Numbered from the stretch's first letter, positions 12,898 through 25,071 are shown. The stretch: 64,000 nt of DNA from Octopus sinensis (GCF_006345805.1 NC_043003.1:14694001-14758000), one strand, 5' to 3'. A program made the numbers and translations. Notes: generated by a model not told the origin, from the letters alone.

Positions 12898-13283
12898 ATG
12901 GAAGATAAGAAAGTTCATTTTTGACACTTGATGCTTTGGGAACCAGACAAAAATTGCTGCAGCTTGGCTGGGATGTGTTACCCCACCCTCCATATTCACC
13001 AGATATTGTTCCTTCGGATTTCCACTTATTCAGGTCTCTGCAGAATAGTCTTAATGGTAAAAATTTCAATTCCTTGGATGATGTAAAAAGATACCTTGAT
13101 GAATTCTTTGCCATGAAACCACCTCAATTCTGGGAAGAGGGTATTTTCAAGTTAAAGGAAAGATGGAGACGCATTGTGCAACAAAATGGTTCATATTTGG
13201 TTGATTAAAAATGTAATGGCAAGTATTTATTGACCTTTTTCTTTCCTTTAAAAATCGGCACGAACTTTCCAGACAACCCAATA
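12898..13283 (+). pseudogene. Internally deleted mariner transposase with 3' TIR
   Basis: MEDKKVHF*HLMLW N-terminus joined out of frame to TRQKLLQLGWDVLPHPPYSPDIVPSDFHLFRSLQN...NGSYLVD*; ends gaactttccagacaacccaata then TA. Confidence 0.9.
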
Positions 13284-14435
13284 TATTTCACTTTTGGATT
13301 TGGTTTGCAAGATTCTTTATGTGTTTGTGTGTTGAAGCATATACTGTTGTGTCTGGGGAGAGTCATTCTCTTTTGGTGCCTTGTGGTTTAACACACTCAC
13401 CGGTGGAGTTTCCACTTATTTATTTTTAATTTTTCTAAAATTTTTGTTGCGTCTTGCCACCTTAAAAATATTACAGTTAGATAATAAATACCTGATGATT
13501 TGGTGGATCATATTAAGTTTGCAGAGCTTCTTGATAAACAACATTTTTGGTCTTTTCTTGCGGAACATAAATAAACAAATGATTAGGATTGCCGACTCTT
13601 GAGAATCACACATAAAACTGGGAGAAAACTGGTTCCGCAAGGTTCACACCTACCACACCTAAGGACTGCCCCTAGGCCTTGTTTATGCTCATTGCAAAGC
13701 TCTGTTTCGACAGGAATTGCAGGCACTTGTACTGGAAAACATGTCTGAGGGAATAAGTGGAATTCTAGGAAGGAATACAGGCTCACCGCTTGCTTTATCA
13801 GTCGAAACTGTTGTCTCAAACACTGTTAGCATCATCTTTTTTATTATAAGTCGTGTGCCATTGCAAAACTTTGGTACATGTCATTTTATTTATAAATCTA
13901 TATACAAATTTATTTGTATGTCTACTGTAAAACTAAATGTCAGTCTGTTTCTACATTCCTTGTAAATCTATTTCAACACTAGCGCCCTTAAGGGTTATAT
14001 TCTCAGGGAATGCGCAAAAGCCCTTTTCAGAGTTATTTACTTTGAATTGTTATTATCTAATATCCAATTAGCCTGTTATTACACAACATGCTTCACGATT
14101 TAGGTATACATATCCGATTGGTATTAGCTCCTAAGTTCTATATACTCTGGGAATGCATTAAAGCCCTTTTAAGAAGTACTTTATTTGAATTTTTACTATC
14201 AGATAACTAATTTCATGTTATTACGTAGCTGACTTCATGATTTGGGTAGTCATAACTTACTGGGATTTCCTAAAAACAAGATCCTACGTAAAACAGTTGG
14301 GTATTCTCTGTAAATGCACAAAAACCGTTTTAAGTGCTACATACTTTGTATTGTTATTGGATTAGCAAAACAATTATGAGAACAGAACCAAGGGATAAGC
14401 CCTGCTTTTCCAGAAATTACCAGGTACAACAGCTA

Positions 14436-14480
<45 letters not shown>

Positions 14481-14500
14481 GGTATATTAGCCTTTATATA

Positions 14501-15066
14501 CACAGACATGCAGGAAGTAAATAGACAGCTTTAATTTTTAAAATCTTTTAATTGATATTGATTGGTTGAAGGAGAGGTTTTCTTCTCGCTACTCGTCCAT
14601 AATACCCAAGCTTTGCAGTTATGTAACACATGTTCTTAGACTAACTCCTAGCTGTTTTGCAATATCAGAAACCTTCGAACAGAGTTCATTTCCCACAATT
14701 CTCTTCAAACAGTGAAGATTCCTTTCTGAGAGCCCAGGTCGGCTGGAACGAGAATCTTGATTATTTTCCTTGGCCTTTGAATTGTACTATCATTCTATTA
14801 ACGAGGAATTTGAAGATTTTCAGCAATTTTTCCCTGGCTAAGGCCAGCCTCAGATTGCCCAACAATATGACCTCTTTGAAAATCTGACAGTTCTGCTGAA
14901 TTTTTTGTGCGTGGCATGGTTACTCTTCGTAAATGTTTAATATAATGGCACCTGGAATGAAAAAGAATAATTACATTGTAAATTCTACACTGCTGAAAAC
15001 ATATTAAGATGCTTAGATCAGAAATTTTTGAAAAATAGGTGTCTATTTACTCCCTGCATGTCTGTG
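14501..15066 (-). mobile_element. Tc1-like deletion derivative with both TIRs
   Basis: TIR cacagacatgcagg(a/g)agtaaatagaca at both ends, TA TSD; [38 protein letters not shown]...LGYYGRVARRKPLL from 14917 on the minus strand. Confidence 0.9.
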
Positions 15067-15382
15067 TAGACTATTCAAAATTTATGTGCTGCAAGAATTT
15101 ACCTTTCTAATTGTTATATATTTGTGTACACACATTCACATTAAATATTAATCCTGTGATGACATATTCTGCACGTAGCAGGAATAACATATACACCCAT
15201 TACACACTTTTCATCTTTGATTTTGTTGTTGTTTATATCAGGCGTCTCAGATACAAAACCTCATAACAGAATCAGAGCTGGCTGTAATTTCTACAGAAAG
15301 TCTGTAGAGGTAATCTTAACAAGTGATGTAATAGAGGCAGTTAACACAGGCTTTGGTCAGCCTGATGCTATAGTAGAAGACA

Positions 15383-15508
15383 TCATCATCATCATCATTG
15401 TTCGACCGTGGTTGAGACAATGGAATTTACTATGCTACGCCAAGCTTCATGGTCCATCATGGCATTACGAAGGTCCTGTTGCTGGATGCCTGTATCCCTG
15501 GAGATTAC
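15383..15508 (-). mobile_element. Short RTE 3' end (second family) nested in a SINE A
   Basis: ISRDTGIQQQDLRNAMMDHEAWRSIV C-terminus + (gat)n; 13-bp TSD atagtagaagaca at 15370-15382 and 15509-15521. Confidence 0.8.
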
Positions 15509-15989
15509 ATAGTAGAAGACACTTGCCCAAGGTGCCACGTAACGGGATTGAACCTGGAACCATGTGGTTGGGATAACATATTTTTTTTGCGCATGCATAT
15601 GCATATGTATTTTTGTCATGCCTGTTACATTCAGTGGAGGCTCATGGCTTAGTGATTAGAACATCATAGTCATTATCATAAGATTGTGGTTTCAATCCCT
15701 GGACTGGGCGACGAGTTGTGTTCTTGAGCAAAACTCTTAATTTCACATTTCTACAGTCTACTCAGCTGGCAAAAATGCATAATCCCTGTGATGGGCCAGT
15801 GACCCATCCAGGTGGTGGCAGTGGGGTGGGATATGAATACCCCAGAAACCAGGAAATAGTCTTATGAGTCTACAGGACTTGGGAAGAATCCTTATCCATT
15901 TATCCTTTTAATTGCAGTTTCTTTCAACCAAATTCCAAGAATATATCAGAAGACCCTCACTCTCTTAATATATTATCCCTTGATAAGGG

Positions 15990-16412
15990 CAGTGAGCTGA
16001 CAGAATTGTTACCATGCCAGATGAAATGCTTTGCAGTATTTCGTCTGCCACTACATTCTGAGTTCAAATTCCACCGAGGTCGACTTTGCCTTTCATCCCT
16101 TTGGGGTCGATTAAATAAGTACCAGTTACACACTGGGGTTGATATAATCGACTTAATCCGTTTGTCTGTCCTTGTTTGTCCTCTCTGTGTTTAGCCCCTT
16201 GTGGGTAGTAAAGAAATAGAAATAGGTATTTTGTCTGTCTTTATGTTCTGAGTTCAAATTCTGCTGGGGTCGACTTTGCCCTTCATCCTTTTGGGGTTGA
16301 TTAAATAAGTACCAGTTATGCACTGGGGTTGATGTAAATGACTTAATCCCTTTGTCTGTCCTTGTTTGTCCCCTCTATGCTTAGCCCCCCACCCCTGTGG
16401 GCAATAAAGAAA
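15990..16412 (+). mobile_element. SINE family C, dimeric form
   Basis: Two body+tail units, same junction as 7843-8230. Confidence 0.8.
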
Positions 16413-16544
16413 TAAACATATACTTTCGTTCAGAGATGTCTATTAAATACATATTTGAATGAAAATATACATCCATTGTACTCTGAGGTATTTGTCCCTT
16501 ATCTTTAACCCCAAATACTTCATTCATAGGTAGTGGGTAGCGAT

Positions 16545-16875
16545 TTTCATCACTACTCCAGGGAGTGATGACCCTGCCTGACATGAGTCCAGGGCTCTGC
16601 TGGCTCTGGCTGACAGTACCCAGTGTGGGCCCCTATCCAGGCTTACGGAAAGGAGACAACCTTCAAAGAAATCTGGAGTGGAGCCCCGTAGGCAGTTTAG
16701 TGTTCGACTCGACACTCTTCCGGCAGCTCCTGCAACCAAGCTGGTGCCAAACGTTATGCTCTTCACTCCTTTGGACTATATCAGCAAGGTCGAGAGAGGA
16801 ATCCTGACAATTGGGCTACCTAGGATTTTCTTACATCTAGCCCAGGCCTGCGCAAAACTGGAGAGGACATGAAAT
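16545..16875 (+). mobile_element. Probable RTE-clade 5'UTR fragment
   Basis: GC-richer island with ggagccccgtaggcagt..ggcagctcctgc..gctggtgccaaacgt..tcctttgga, recalled as an RTE 5'UTR style; not verified. Confidence 0.35.
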
Positions 16876-17042
16876 GTAAAAAAAAACAGACAGTATTAGC
16901 TTATTCGCAACTCCATTGTCTTCTGAGACAAAAGGATGCCAACAACAACAACAACAACAACTTCATTCATGATGTTACTCTCATTTTCTATCATTAGCTA
17001 TCTGTAACTATAATTTCTATCAGTAACTTCATAATAAATCAG

Positions 17043-17295
17043 CATGTGGCATAGTGGTTAAGAGCGTGGGCTACTAACCCCAAGATTCCGAGTTCGATTT
17101 CAGGCGGTGACCTGGATAATAATGATGATGACGATGACGACGACGACAACAACATTGAAAAATACCTTAGGAATGAGAACCTGGGTTCGAAATTTCCTCA
17201 AAACACCTGATGAAGGCTGGAGGGTATATCAGCTGAAACTTTGTGTTAACAACAAAGATGAGGACAAATATCCATCAAATGTAAATAATATAGGA
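17043..17295 (+). mobile_element. SINE-like family H, complete
   Basis: Head, (taa/tga/cga)n linker, tail with aacac-CTGATGA-aggctg..cagct-GAAAC-tt-t-gtgtt at 17202-17247. Confidence 0.8.
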
Positions 17296-17382
17296 AATAT
17301 ATATCAGAACTAATTCAAAATAATTTGTAAACTTATTCTTCCGTATATACAGATTCAAAATAGATAATAAAAAAAAATATTT

Positions 17383-17658
17383 TTTGCATGGAAACTGAGA
17401 AAAAAAAATGTATATGTTAAGAGGTTAATCAAAGTGATGCATGATGGAATCGAACCCAGAACTACATGGTTCCAAAGCAAACTTCTTATCCACCACACAG
17501 CTATAACCTTATGACCATTATTTGCATGGAAACTGATAAAAAAAATGTGTATGTTAAGAGGTTTATCAGAATGATGCATGATGGAATCGAACCCAGAACC
17601 ACATGGTTCCAAAGCAAACTTCTTACCCACCACACAGCTATAACCTTATGACCATTAA
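17383..17658. repeat. Direct tandem duplication, 138-bp unit containing a SINE-head fragment
   Basis: tttgcatggaaactga...atgaccatta at 17383-17520 and 17521-17658. Confidence 0.9.
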
Positions 17659-17879
17659 GAAAAGTGCTTGCTTTATTTCAGACTTGGAATATCAGTTTGA
17701 GGAAGTTAGTGAATGTTATTCATTGCCAAATATAAATTGATCTAATCTCATAGATTATCTGACTTTAACCTTGTCACAAAAGTAACACACACCATATTAA
17801 GTTGGAGAAATTCCGTTTGGAATTTATTTACTTATTTCTTACTGCTGCATATTAAACATTCAGCACACAACAGTTTGCC

Positions 17880-18104
17880 ATCAACAATGCCGCCGCTGCC
17901 ATTATTGTTGTCATCATTGTCGTCGTCGTCGTCATCGTCATCGTCATCATCACCACCACCACCACTACCACCATCATCATCATCATCATCATTGTCATCA
18001 TCATCATCAACAACATCGTCATTGTCGTCATCATCACCACCACCACCATCACCAGCACCACCACCTCTATCATCCTCAGCATCATCATCATCATCATCAG
18101 CACC

Positions 18105-18135
<31 letters not shown>

Positions 18136-18331
18136 ACACAATCGTCGTCGTTGTCGTTATCATCATCATCATCATCCCTGACACCATCACCACCACTACC
18201 ACCAGCACTACCACCATTAACAACACATCGTTATTGCCATCATCATCACCACCACCACCACCACTACAACCATCATCATCATCATCGTCATCATCATCAT
18301 CCCTGACACCACCACCACCACCACCACCACC

Positions 18332-18365
<34 letters not shown>

Positions 18366-18960
18366 ACACCACCACCACCACAACCCTCCTCCTCCATATT
18401 ATCATTGCCACCATCACCATCATCATCATCAGCAGCAGCACCATCGTCATTGTCGTCATCATCATCTTCATCCCTGACACCATCACCACCACCACCACCA
18501 CCAACATCAACAACAAGAGCAACAACAAAAACAATGCCATCATCATCATTATTATCATCCTCAGATGATGATGATGATGATGACTGCAATTTACTTATCT
18601 GCCTCTTTCACAATGATACAAACACACCACGTATCTTGTTTCCGTTGTCCAATGTTTATCAGCAATTTCGGCACCACTGAGACATAATGATGGAACAAAA
18701 TGGCAGACTGGTCAGCAAAGCATCTTGTATCGGCCAGAAGACCATTAAATGAAGCTTCTTCTCATCACCACCACCATCCATTATCGTCATCATCATCATC
18801 TCCATCACCATCATCGTCATTGTCATCATTATCATCACCATCATTGTCATCATGATCAACACCATCCATTATCATCATCATCGTCTCCATCACCATCATC
18901 GTCATCGTCATCATTATCATCATCATCATTGTCATCATGATCAACACCACCACCACCACC
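17880..18960. repeat. (CAT/CAC/CGT)n trinucleotide array with higher-order duplications
   Basis: catccctgacacc recurs three times; ~95-bp unit twice at 18770-18955. Confidence 0.9.
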
Positions 18961-19418
18961 AAACTTCACTCATTGGTGCAAGAGATTCTGAGACAACAGT
19001 GTTTCAAGATGTTGTGTTCACATAATTATATGCAAATCATCATTTCAGATCTTGCTGTACACAGTGGAAATAAAGATTTTTTTTTAATTGGTTGGCAGAT
19101 ATACACACTGATCAGCAAACAGCTTGGTTGTTGAAACTATAAACAAAGCAAGTGATTTGTTGGCTCAAAAGATCCAGGTACTTCTGATGAGTCACAATGT
19201 GCTGAAACATCAGAATCCTTGTGCTAATGAGCCAAGCATGTTATGAGTACACCATCATCAGAAAAGGAAGTTATTCTGTGATGTACACAACAGAGGCAAG
19301 CATATTTTTTTTGTTTTTTCTTGAATCTACTAGAATATATTAAGAACAGACATGCAAGACATCATTGCAGATCTCCCTGCACACAGTGCAAATAATGATA
19401 TATTAATAACACACGCAT

Positions 19419-19459
<41 letters not shown>

Positions 19460-19711
19460 CACACATCATTTTCATTATCATCATTTAACGTCCATTCTAA
19501 GCACATAGGTGCAGAACAAAGTGGAAAAAATTGTACATGAATGCCAAAAGCAGAGTAAAGTAGAATTTTAACTAAAAAACCTGGGGCAACTTATAGCATG
19601 TGTGTGTGTATATATATATATATATATACTGGGGTAAGCTCATAAATGCGAAACAAGGTGGAAAAAATAATACTCGAATACCAGAGGTAGAGTAATATGC
19701 TTCATTAAAAG

Positions 19712-19852
19712 GCAGCAAAAATATCACAAAAACTGTTATTCAGAGTTTCACATTCCCGTTCGTCAGACAGTTTTGGTTAGATTCTAAACAAAACTGTCTG
19801 ACAAATGGGAACGTGAAACTCTGAGTAACAGTTTTTGCGATATTTCTGCTGC
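19712..19852. ncRNA. Inverted pair of hammerhead motifs forming a ~140-bp palindrome
   Basis: Minus 19729-19774: aaaactgt-CTGACGA-acgggaatgt-GAA-ACTCTGAAT-A-acagtttt; plus 19790-19835: aaaactgt-CTGACAA-atgggaacgt-GAA-ACTCTGAGT-A-acagtttt. Confidence 0.85.
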
Positions 19853-19879
19853 TTTTCAATAAAGTAAATATATATATAT

Positions 19880-20550
19880 CAAATCAAAATCAAAATCAAA
19901 CCAAATCAAATCAGATATCAGAAAGCAGAACCAAAATCAAAGCCGATCAACATCAATGGAAATTGCAGCTGTGATACCAGTGCCGGTGACAAGTAAGCGA
20001 ACCATCCGATCTTGGCCGTTGCCAGCGCCGCCCCGACTGGCCTCCGTGCCAGTGGCACGTAAAAAGCACCATCCGTTCGTGGCCGTTGCCAGCCTCGCCT
20101 CGCCCCCGTGCTGGTGGCACGTAAAAAGCACCATCCGTTCGTGGCCATTGCCAGCCTCGCCTGGCCCCCGTGCTGGTGGCACGTAAAAAGCACCATCCGT
20201 TCGTGGCCGTTGCCAGCCTCGCCTGGCCCCCGTGCTGGTGGCACGTAAAAAGCACCATCCATTCATGGCCGTTGCCAGCCTCGCCTGGCCCCCGTGCCAG
20301 CGCCACGTAAAAAGCACCATCTGTCCGTGGCTGTCTGCCAGCTCCATCTGGCACCTGTGCGGGTAACACGTAAAAAGCACCCACTACACTCTCGGAGTGG
20401 TTGGCGTTAGGAAGGGCATCCAGCCGTAGAAACACTGCCAGATCAGACTGAGCCTGAAGCAGCCTTCTGGCTTCACAGACCCCAGTTGAACTGTCCAACC
20501 CATGCTAGCATGGAAAGCGGACGTTAAATGATGATGATGATGATGATGAT
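19880..20550 (+). mobile_element. RTE LINE 3'UTR with 62-bp internal tandem repeats
   Basis: ggcacgtaaaaagcaccatcc at 20054, 20116, 20178, 20240; (gat)n tail runs into (TA)n. Confidence 0.85.
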
Positions 20551-20850
20551 GATATATATATATATATATACATATATATGGAGTAAGGGGAGCAAGAATA
20601 CACCCGAAAACGGAAAGTGTCACTGCAGAGTTCACAGTTGTGTGACTAGAATAATAAAATAAGAGCAGCAATAGACAAGTGAAAAAAAAAAGTGTGTGTG
20701 TTTATTTGGCAAAAAAAGAATGACCATCTCAAAATGCAACAATATATATATATATATATTGATATATAACAAAGTGAAGTTGTAAGAAACCGCACGAGTA
20801 GAATTATATATGAAAGAAGGTTTGAAAATGCAATTTTAAAAGATGTTTAT

Positions 20851-20896
20851 TCACTTGACTGGTTTCACTTTTTTAGAAAAAGATTGTCAAAAGTAA
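20851..20896 (-). ncRNA. Decayed minimal hammerhead
   Basis: ttactt-TTGACAA-t-cttttt(cta)aaaaag-t-GAA-ACCAGT-C-aagtga; consistent with a CTGACGA/ACCGGT ancestor after transitions. Confidence 0.45.
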
Positions 20897-20929
20897 CATG
20901 TAAAAGTTTTGTTGTGTTAGGTACTGGTT

Positions 20930-21410
20930 GTCACAAAATATTACAATACATATAAACATTCTTTGATACTAACAAGAACATGTTAAAAACAGTTTACAAG
21001 GGAAAATTTTTGGAAAATATAAAAAAAATTTGATAAGTTCATTAAAATATTGGACACAAAAGATTACAATACATATAAACATTCTTTGATAATAATAAGA
21101 ACATGTTAAAAACAGTTTACAAGGGAAAATTTTTGGAAAATATAAAAAAAATTTGATAAGTTCATTAAAATATTGGACACAAAAGATTACAATACATATA
21201 TACATTCTTTGATAATAATAAGAACATGTTAAAAACAGTTTAGAAGGGAAAATTTTGGGAAAATATAAAAAAGTTCATTAAAATATTGGGCACAAAAAGT
21301 TGCAATACTTATATACATTCTTTGATAATAATAATATGTTAAAAACAGTTTACTGAAAAAAATTTTTTGAGGAATTATTAACAAGTTCATAAAACCTATT
21401 AGGATTTCAT
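20930..21410. repeat. AT-rich tandem repeat, 123-bp unit, about 4 copies
   Basis: ttacaatacatata at 20941, 21064, 21187 and degenerate at 21300. Confidence 0.9.
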
Positions 21411-21569
21411 TAAAAATCATGTTTGTTTGGAAGTATCTATATATATATATACACAGAAAATTATAAGTTCAAAAATGTCATATTTTGGTGATATATATAT
21501 ACACAGAAAGAGATATATTTAGTTTACAAAATATGCTGAAATGCTGAATCTCCCTGAGAACTAAATTAA

Positions 21570-21790
21570 CCATTTCGTTACAATATTTCTGTTGAGATGT
21601 TCTTTGTTTCTTTCAATTACTTTAAATATAACAAAGAATTTAGTAAAATAACTTAGTTATCATGAAGCGAGTGTTAGCAACATAAATTGTGACTAAAGTT
21701 TGGTGAAAGATTTTAATTCAAAATTTATATGAAAACAAGACGTTTCTACTCAGAGCCGAGCCGGTTTCAACTGGGCTGGTAATGAAAGGG
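21570..21790. mobile_element. piggyBac-like MITE
   Basis: TTAA|ccatttcgttac ... gtaatgaaaggg|TTAA; homologous, in opposite orientation, to 31988-32210. Confidence 0.8.
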
Positions 21791-22358
21791 TTAAGGGTAC
21801 ACACTGATTTCATGAGCAGGCTTTTCTGTTGATCAGATCAACTGAAGCCCTTTTCATCATAACTGATGGAATGCCAGTTATATATATGTGTGTATGTGTG
21901 TGCATGTGTGTGTGTATATATATGTATACATACATTTATACATACATACACATACACACATACTTTATTTGTGGATTGACAATGCTGCCATTGGTTTCAT
22001 GTTGAGAGAAATCTCAACAATTATCAAACTGGTCACATGGGACATTGGTTCGTGTCTCCATCTTGGATGAAAAGACTTTTCAATATTAACATTTGTGTGT
22101 GTGTGTGTGTTTGTGTGCACATCTGTGTGTATACATATACCTCTATACATAAACATAATCGTATGTGTGTGTGTATGTGTGTGTGTGTGTGTCTGTGTGT
22201 GTGTGTATGTGTGTGTGTGTCTATGTGTGTGTGTATGTGTGTGTGTGTGTATGTGTGTGTGTGTGTAACTGGAAAAGTTTATCAGATGGTGGTCATTCAT
22301 GCCTAGACTTTTGACCAACCTAATCAGAACTGACCAGAGGCTACACAACAACAACAGC

Positions 22359-22431
<73 letters not shown>

Positions 22432-23225
22432 GCAACGTCCTAACATTGACCGTTTTTAAACATTATTTTAATGATTTCCACTGACACAGACCACCACTGG
22501 TCGAGTCTCTTCAAATGAAAATCCAATTTCAGTGTTTAACTTGCTTTCCAACAATCCTCGCTTTCATCTATTATTTCTTGTTGCGTGTGACATTGGTAAA
22601 AATAAAATGACTTATTGGGAAGTTGATTCAATTGACTTCATCCCTCCAGCAACAAAACATTGAGTTTTTCCTACTTAAAATAAATCAATATAGTTTATTA
22701 TGTTAACCGATGGTTTTTCTTTTTTTTTCTACAAGACTCATAGACTCGGTGTATCGATGTCTGTTTCCAAGTACCAATGAAATTACTGATATATTTTCTT
22801 TTGATTCTACTCATTCAACTTCAGTCAGCCTTCTCTGTGTGTGTGTATGTGTGTGGCTGTTTTTTTTTCTCTGATAATCTGTATAATTGCCATTCTGTTC
22901 GTTCTTATTTCTATCCGCTCACTTCTGCCGATGCCGCCACCGTTACCAAAGTATTTTGTCGAGATACCTGTCTGAGAATAATTTTTCACCCTAAAGTTGT
23001 GTGTGTTACAGAAAATTAGGTGAGCTGGTAGAAATGTTAGCACGCCGGGCAAAATGCTTAGCGGTATTTCCTCTGTCTTTACGTTCTGAGTTCAAATTCT
23101 GCCAAGGTTGACTTTGCCTTTCATCCTTTTGTCAACGACCTTGCTCAAATCAAATATTTTTAGAAAGTTCACTACCAGTGGCCTAGCATGTATAAAAAGT
23201 CAATAGACAACATATTCTCAATATA

Positions 23226-23451
23226 AAATAGTTTACATTTAAATACAAAAGAAACTATCATTTAACAGGTAATTTTACACGCTAGAAGAAGCAGTCAAAA
23301 CAACCAAATCCACATTTAAGGGCAATTTTATTTTTCATTCCCTTTGAAAATTGCTCTTAAATGTGGTTTTGGTTGTTTTGACTGCTTCTTCTAGTGTGTA
23401 AAATTACCTGTTATAAGATAGTTTCTCTTGTGTTTAAATGTACACTATTTT
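23226..23451. repeat. Palindrome (~105-bp arms) of the 1974-2447 family
   Basis: aaatagtttacatttaaatac...ccacatttaagggcaattt / aaattgctcttaaatgtgg...gtgtttaaatgtacactattt. Confidence 0.85.
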
Positions 23452-23464
23452 ATGTATGTATATA

Positions 23465-24298
23465 TCATCATCATCATCATCATCGTTTAACGTCCGCTTT
23501 CCATGCTAGCATGGGTTGGATGGTTCAACTGGGGTCTGGCAAGCCCGAAGGCTGCACCAGGCCAGTCAGATCTGGCAGTGTTTCTACAGCTGGATGCCCT
23601 TCCTAACGCCAACCACTCCGAGAGTGTAGTGGGTGATTTTATGTGCCACCGACACAGGTGCCAGACGAGGCTGGCAGACGGCCACGCTCGGATGGTGTTT
23701 TTTATGTGCCACCGACACAGGTGCCAGACGAGGCTGGCTGACGGCCACGCTCGGATGGTGTTTTCTTATGTGTCACCGACACAGGTGCCAGACGGGGCTG
23801 GCGGATGGCCACGCTCAGATGGTGTTTGTTACGTGCCCTCAGCACGGAGGCCAGTCGTTGCGGTACTGGCTACGATCACGTTCGGATGGTTTTCTTATGT
23901 GCCACCGGCACTGGTACCACAAGGATACAAATTCCATTGATGTTCATCTATTTTGATTTGGTTCGATTTGATTTGATTTGATTCGATTCGATTCTCACTT
24001 GCCTCAACAGGTCTTCACAAGTGTCACAAGAAGGAAGGTATGCACAGGTGGACTGACTACGTCCCAGGTAGGGGCCATGGATTATGACTTCACTAGTCTT
24101 GCCGGGTCTTCTCACGCACAGCATACTTCCATAGGTCTCGGTCTCTAGTCATTTCCATGGTGAGACCTAACGTCCGAAGGTCGTGCTTCACCACTTCGTC
24201 CCAGGTTTTCCTGGGTCTACCTCTTCCACGGGTTCCCTCAACTGCTAGGGATTGGCACTTTCTCACACACCTATCTTCATCCATTCTCGCCACATGAC
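23465..24298 (-). mobile_element. 5'-truncated RTE LINE (ORF C-terminus + full 3'UTR)
   Basis: ORF 24093-24293 ARMDEDRCVRKCQSLAVEGTRGRGRPRKTWDEVVKHDLRTLGL...DRDLWK is the RTE C-terminal signature; followed by the family B UTR and (gat)n; (TA)n on both sides. Confidence 0.92.
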
Positions 24299-24299
24299 C

Positions 24300-24331
<32 letters not shown>

Positions 24332-24575
24332 AGAGCCTACCTGAGTAAATAAATATTATTTTTATTGCTGAAAAAGGCGAAACTGCAGTCTAAGATGAAC
24401 AGAGTTAGTAAAAGTTTTTATCTTCATTTCACTAAATTTATCAAGCTTCTATGTTTCTAGTACTTACTTCGCCTTTAATGTACTTATATATGAATAATAT
24501 ATGGCCTGTGCTAGAAACACCAGCGATAATAATTAATTTTATTTTATCGCATTTTGAATTTGTTTATATATATAT

Positions 24576-24668
<93 letters not shown>

Positions 24669-24706
24669 GCAAATGAAAGACAGATGATGGAATATACGAG
24701 AATTTA

Positions 24707-24824
24707 TTATTAATCATGATAATTGTTTCAACACATCTACCACCAATTCCTCTTGGATGGGGCACTCAGCAACTGGTTCAGGAGCATCCGGTGGTGCAGA
24801 TGTATCTCATCAGGTGATTAATAA
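24707..24824 (-). ncRNA. Hammerhead with long stem II and 10-bp stem I
   Basis: ttattaatcac-CTGATGA-gatacatct...agatgtgtt-GAA-ACAATTAT-C-atgattaataa; two G>A changes from a perfect fold. Confidence 0.8.
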
Positions 24825-25071
24825 ATACAATTCATTAAAATGATTGTTCTACAATGTAAGTTTCCGTTTTGTAGAGAGAAAAGTAGTCAGACGGCTTCTT
24901 TCAGTTTCTGCTTACTAAATCCACTTACAAGGCTTTGATCAGCCTGAGGCCATAGTAGAAACCTCTTGTCCAATGTGCCATGCGGTGGGATTGAAACCGG
25001 AACCATGTGGTTGGGAAGCAAACCTCTTACCACATGACCACACCTGCATCTTTTATTTTATCACTCTTTTA

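Noticed and set aside
16545-16640. HDV-like ribozyme at the start of the putative RTE 5'UTR
   Set aside because: Could not build the P1-P4 double pseudoknot by eye; needs a descriptor search
19188-19235. ctgatgagtcacaatgtgctgaaacatc as a hammerhead
   Set aside because: Stem I is not supported; better explained as a simple hairpin ttctgatg/catcagaa
19990-20375. Regular ~62-bp repeats as a CRISPR array
   Set aside because: Contiguous near-identical units without unique spacers, inside a LINE 3'UTR in a eukaryotic genome
24683-24813. GC-rich stretch with cag|gtgatt as a coding exon
   Set aside because: No usable acceptor; the sequence is explained by the minus-strand hammerhead fold
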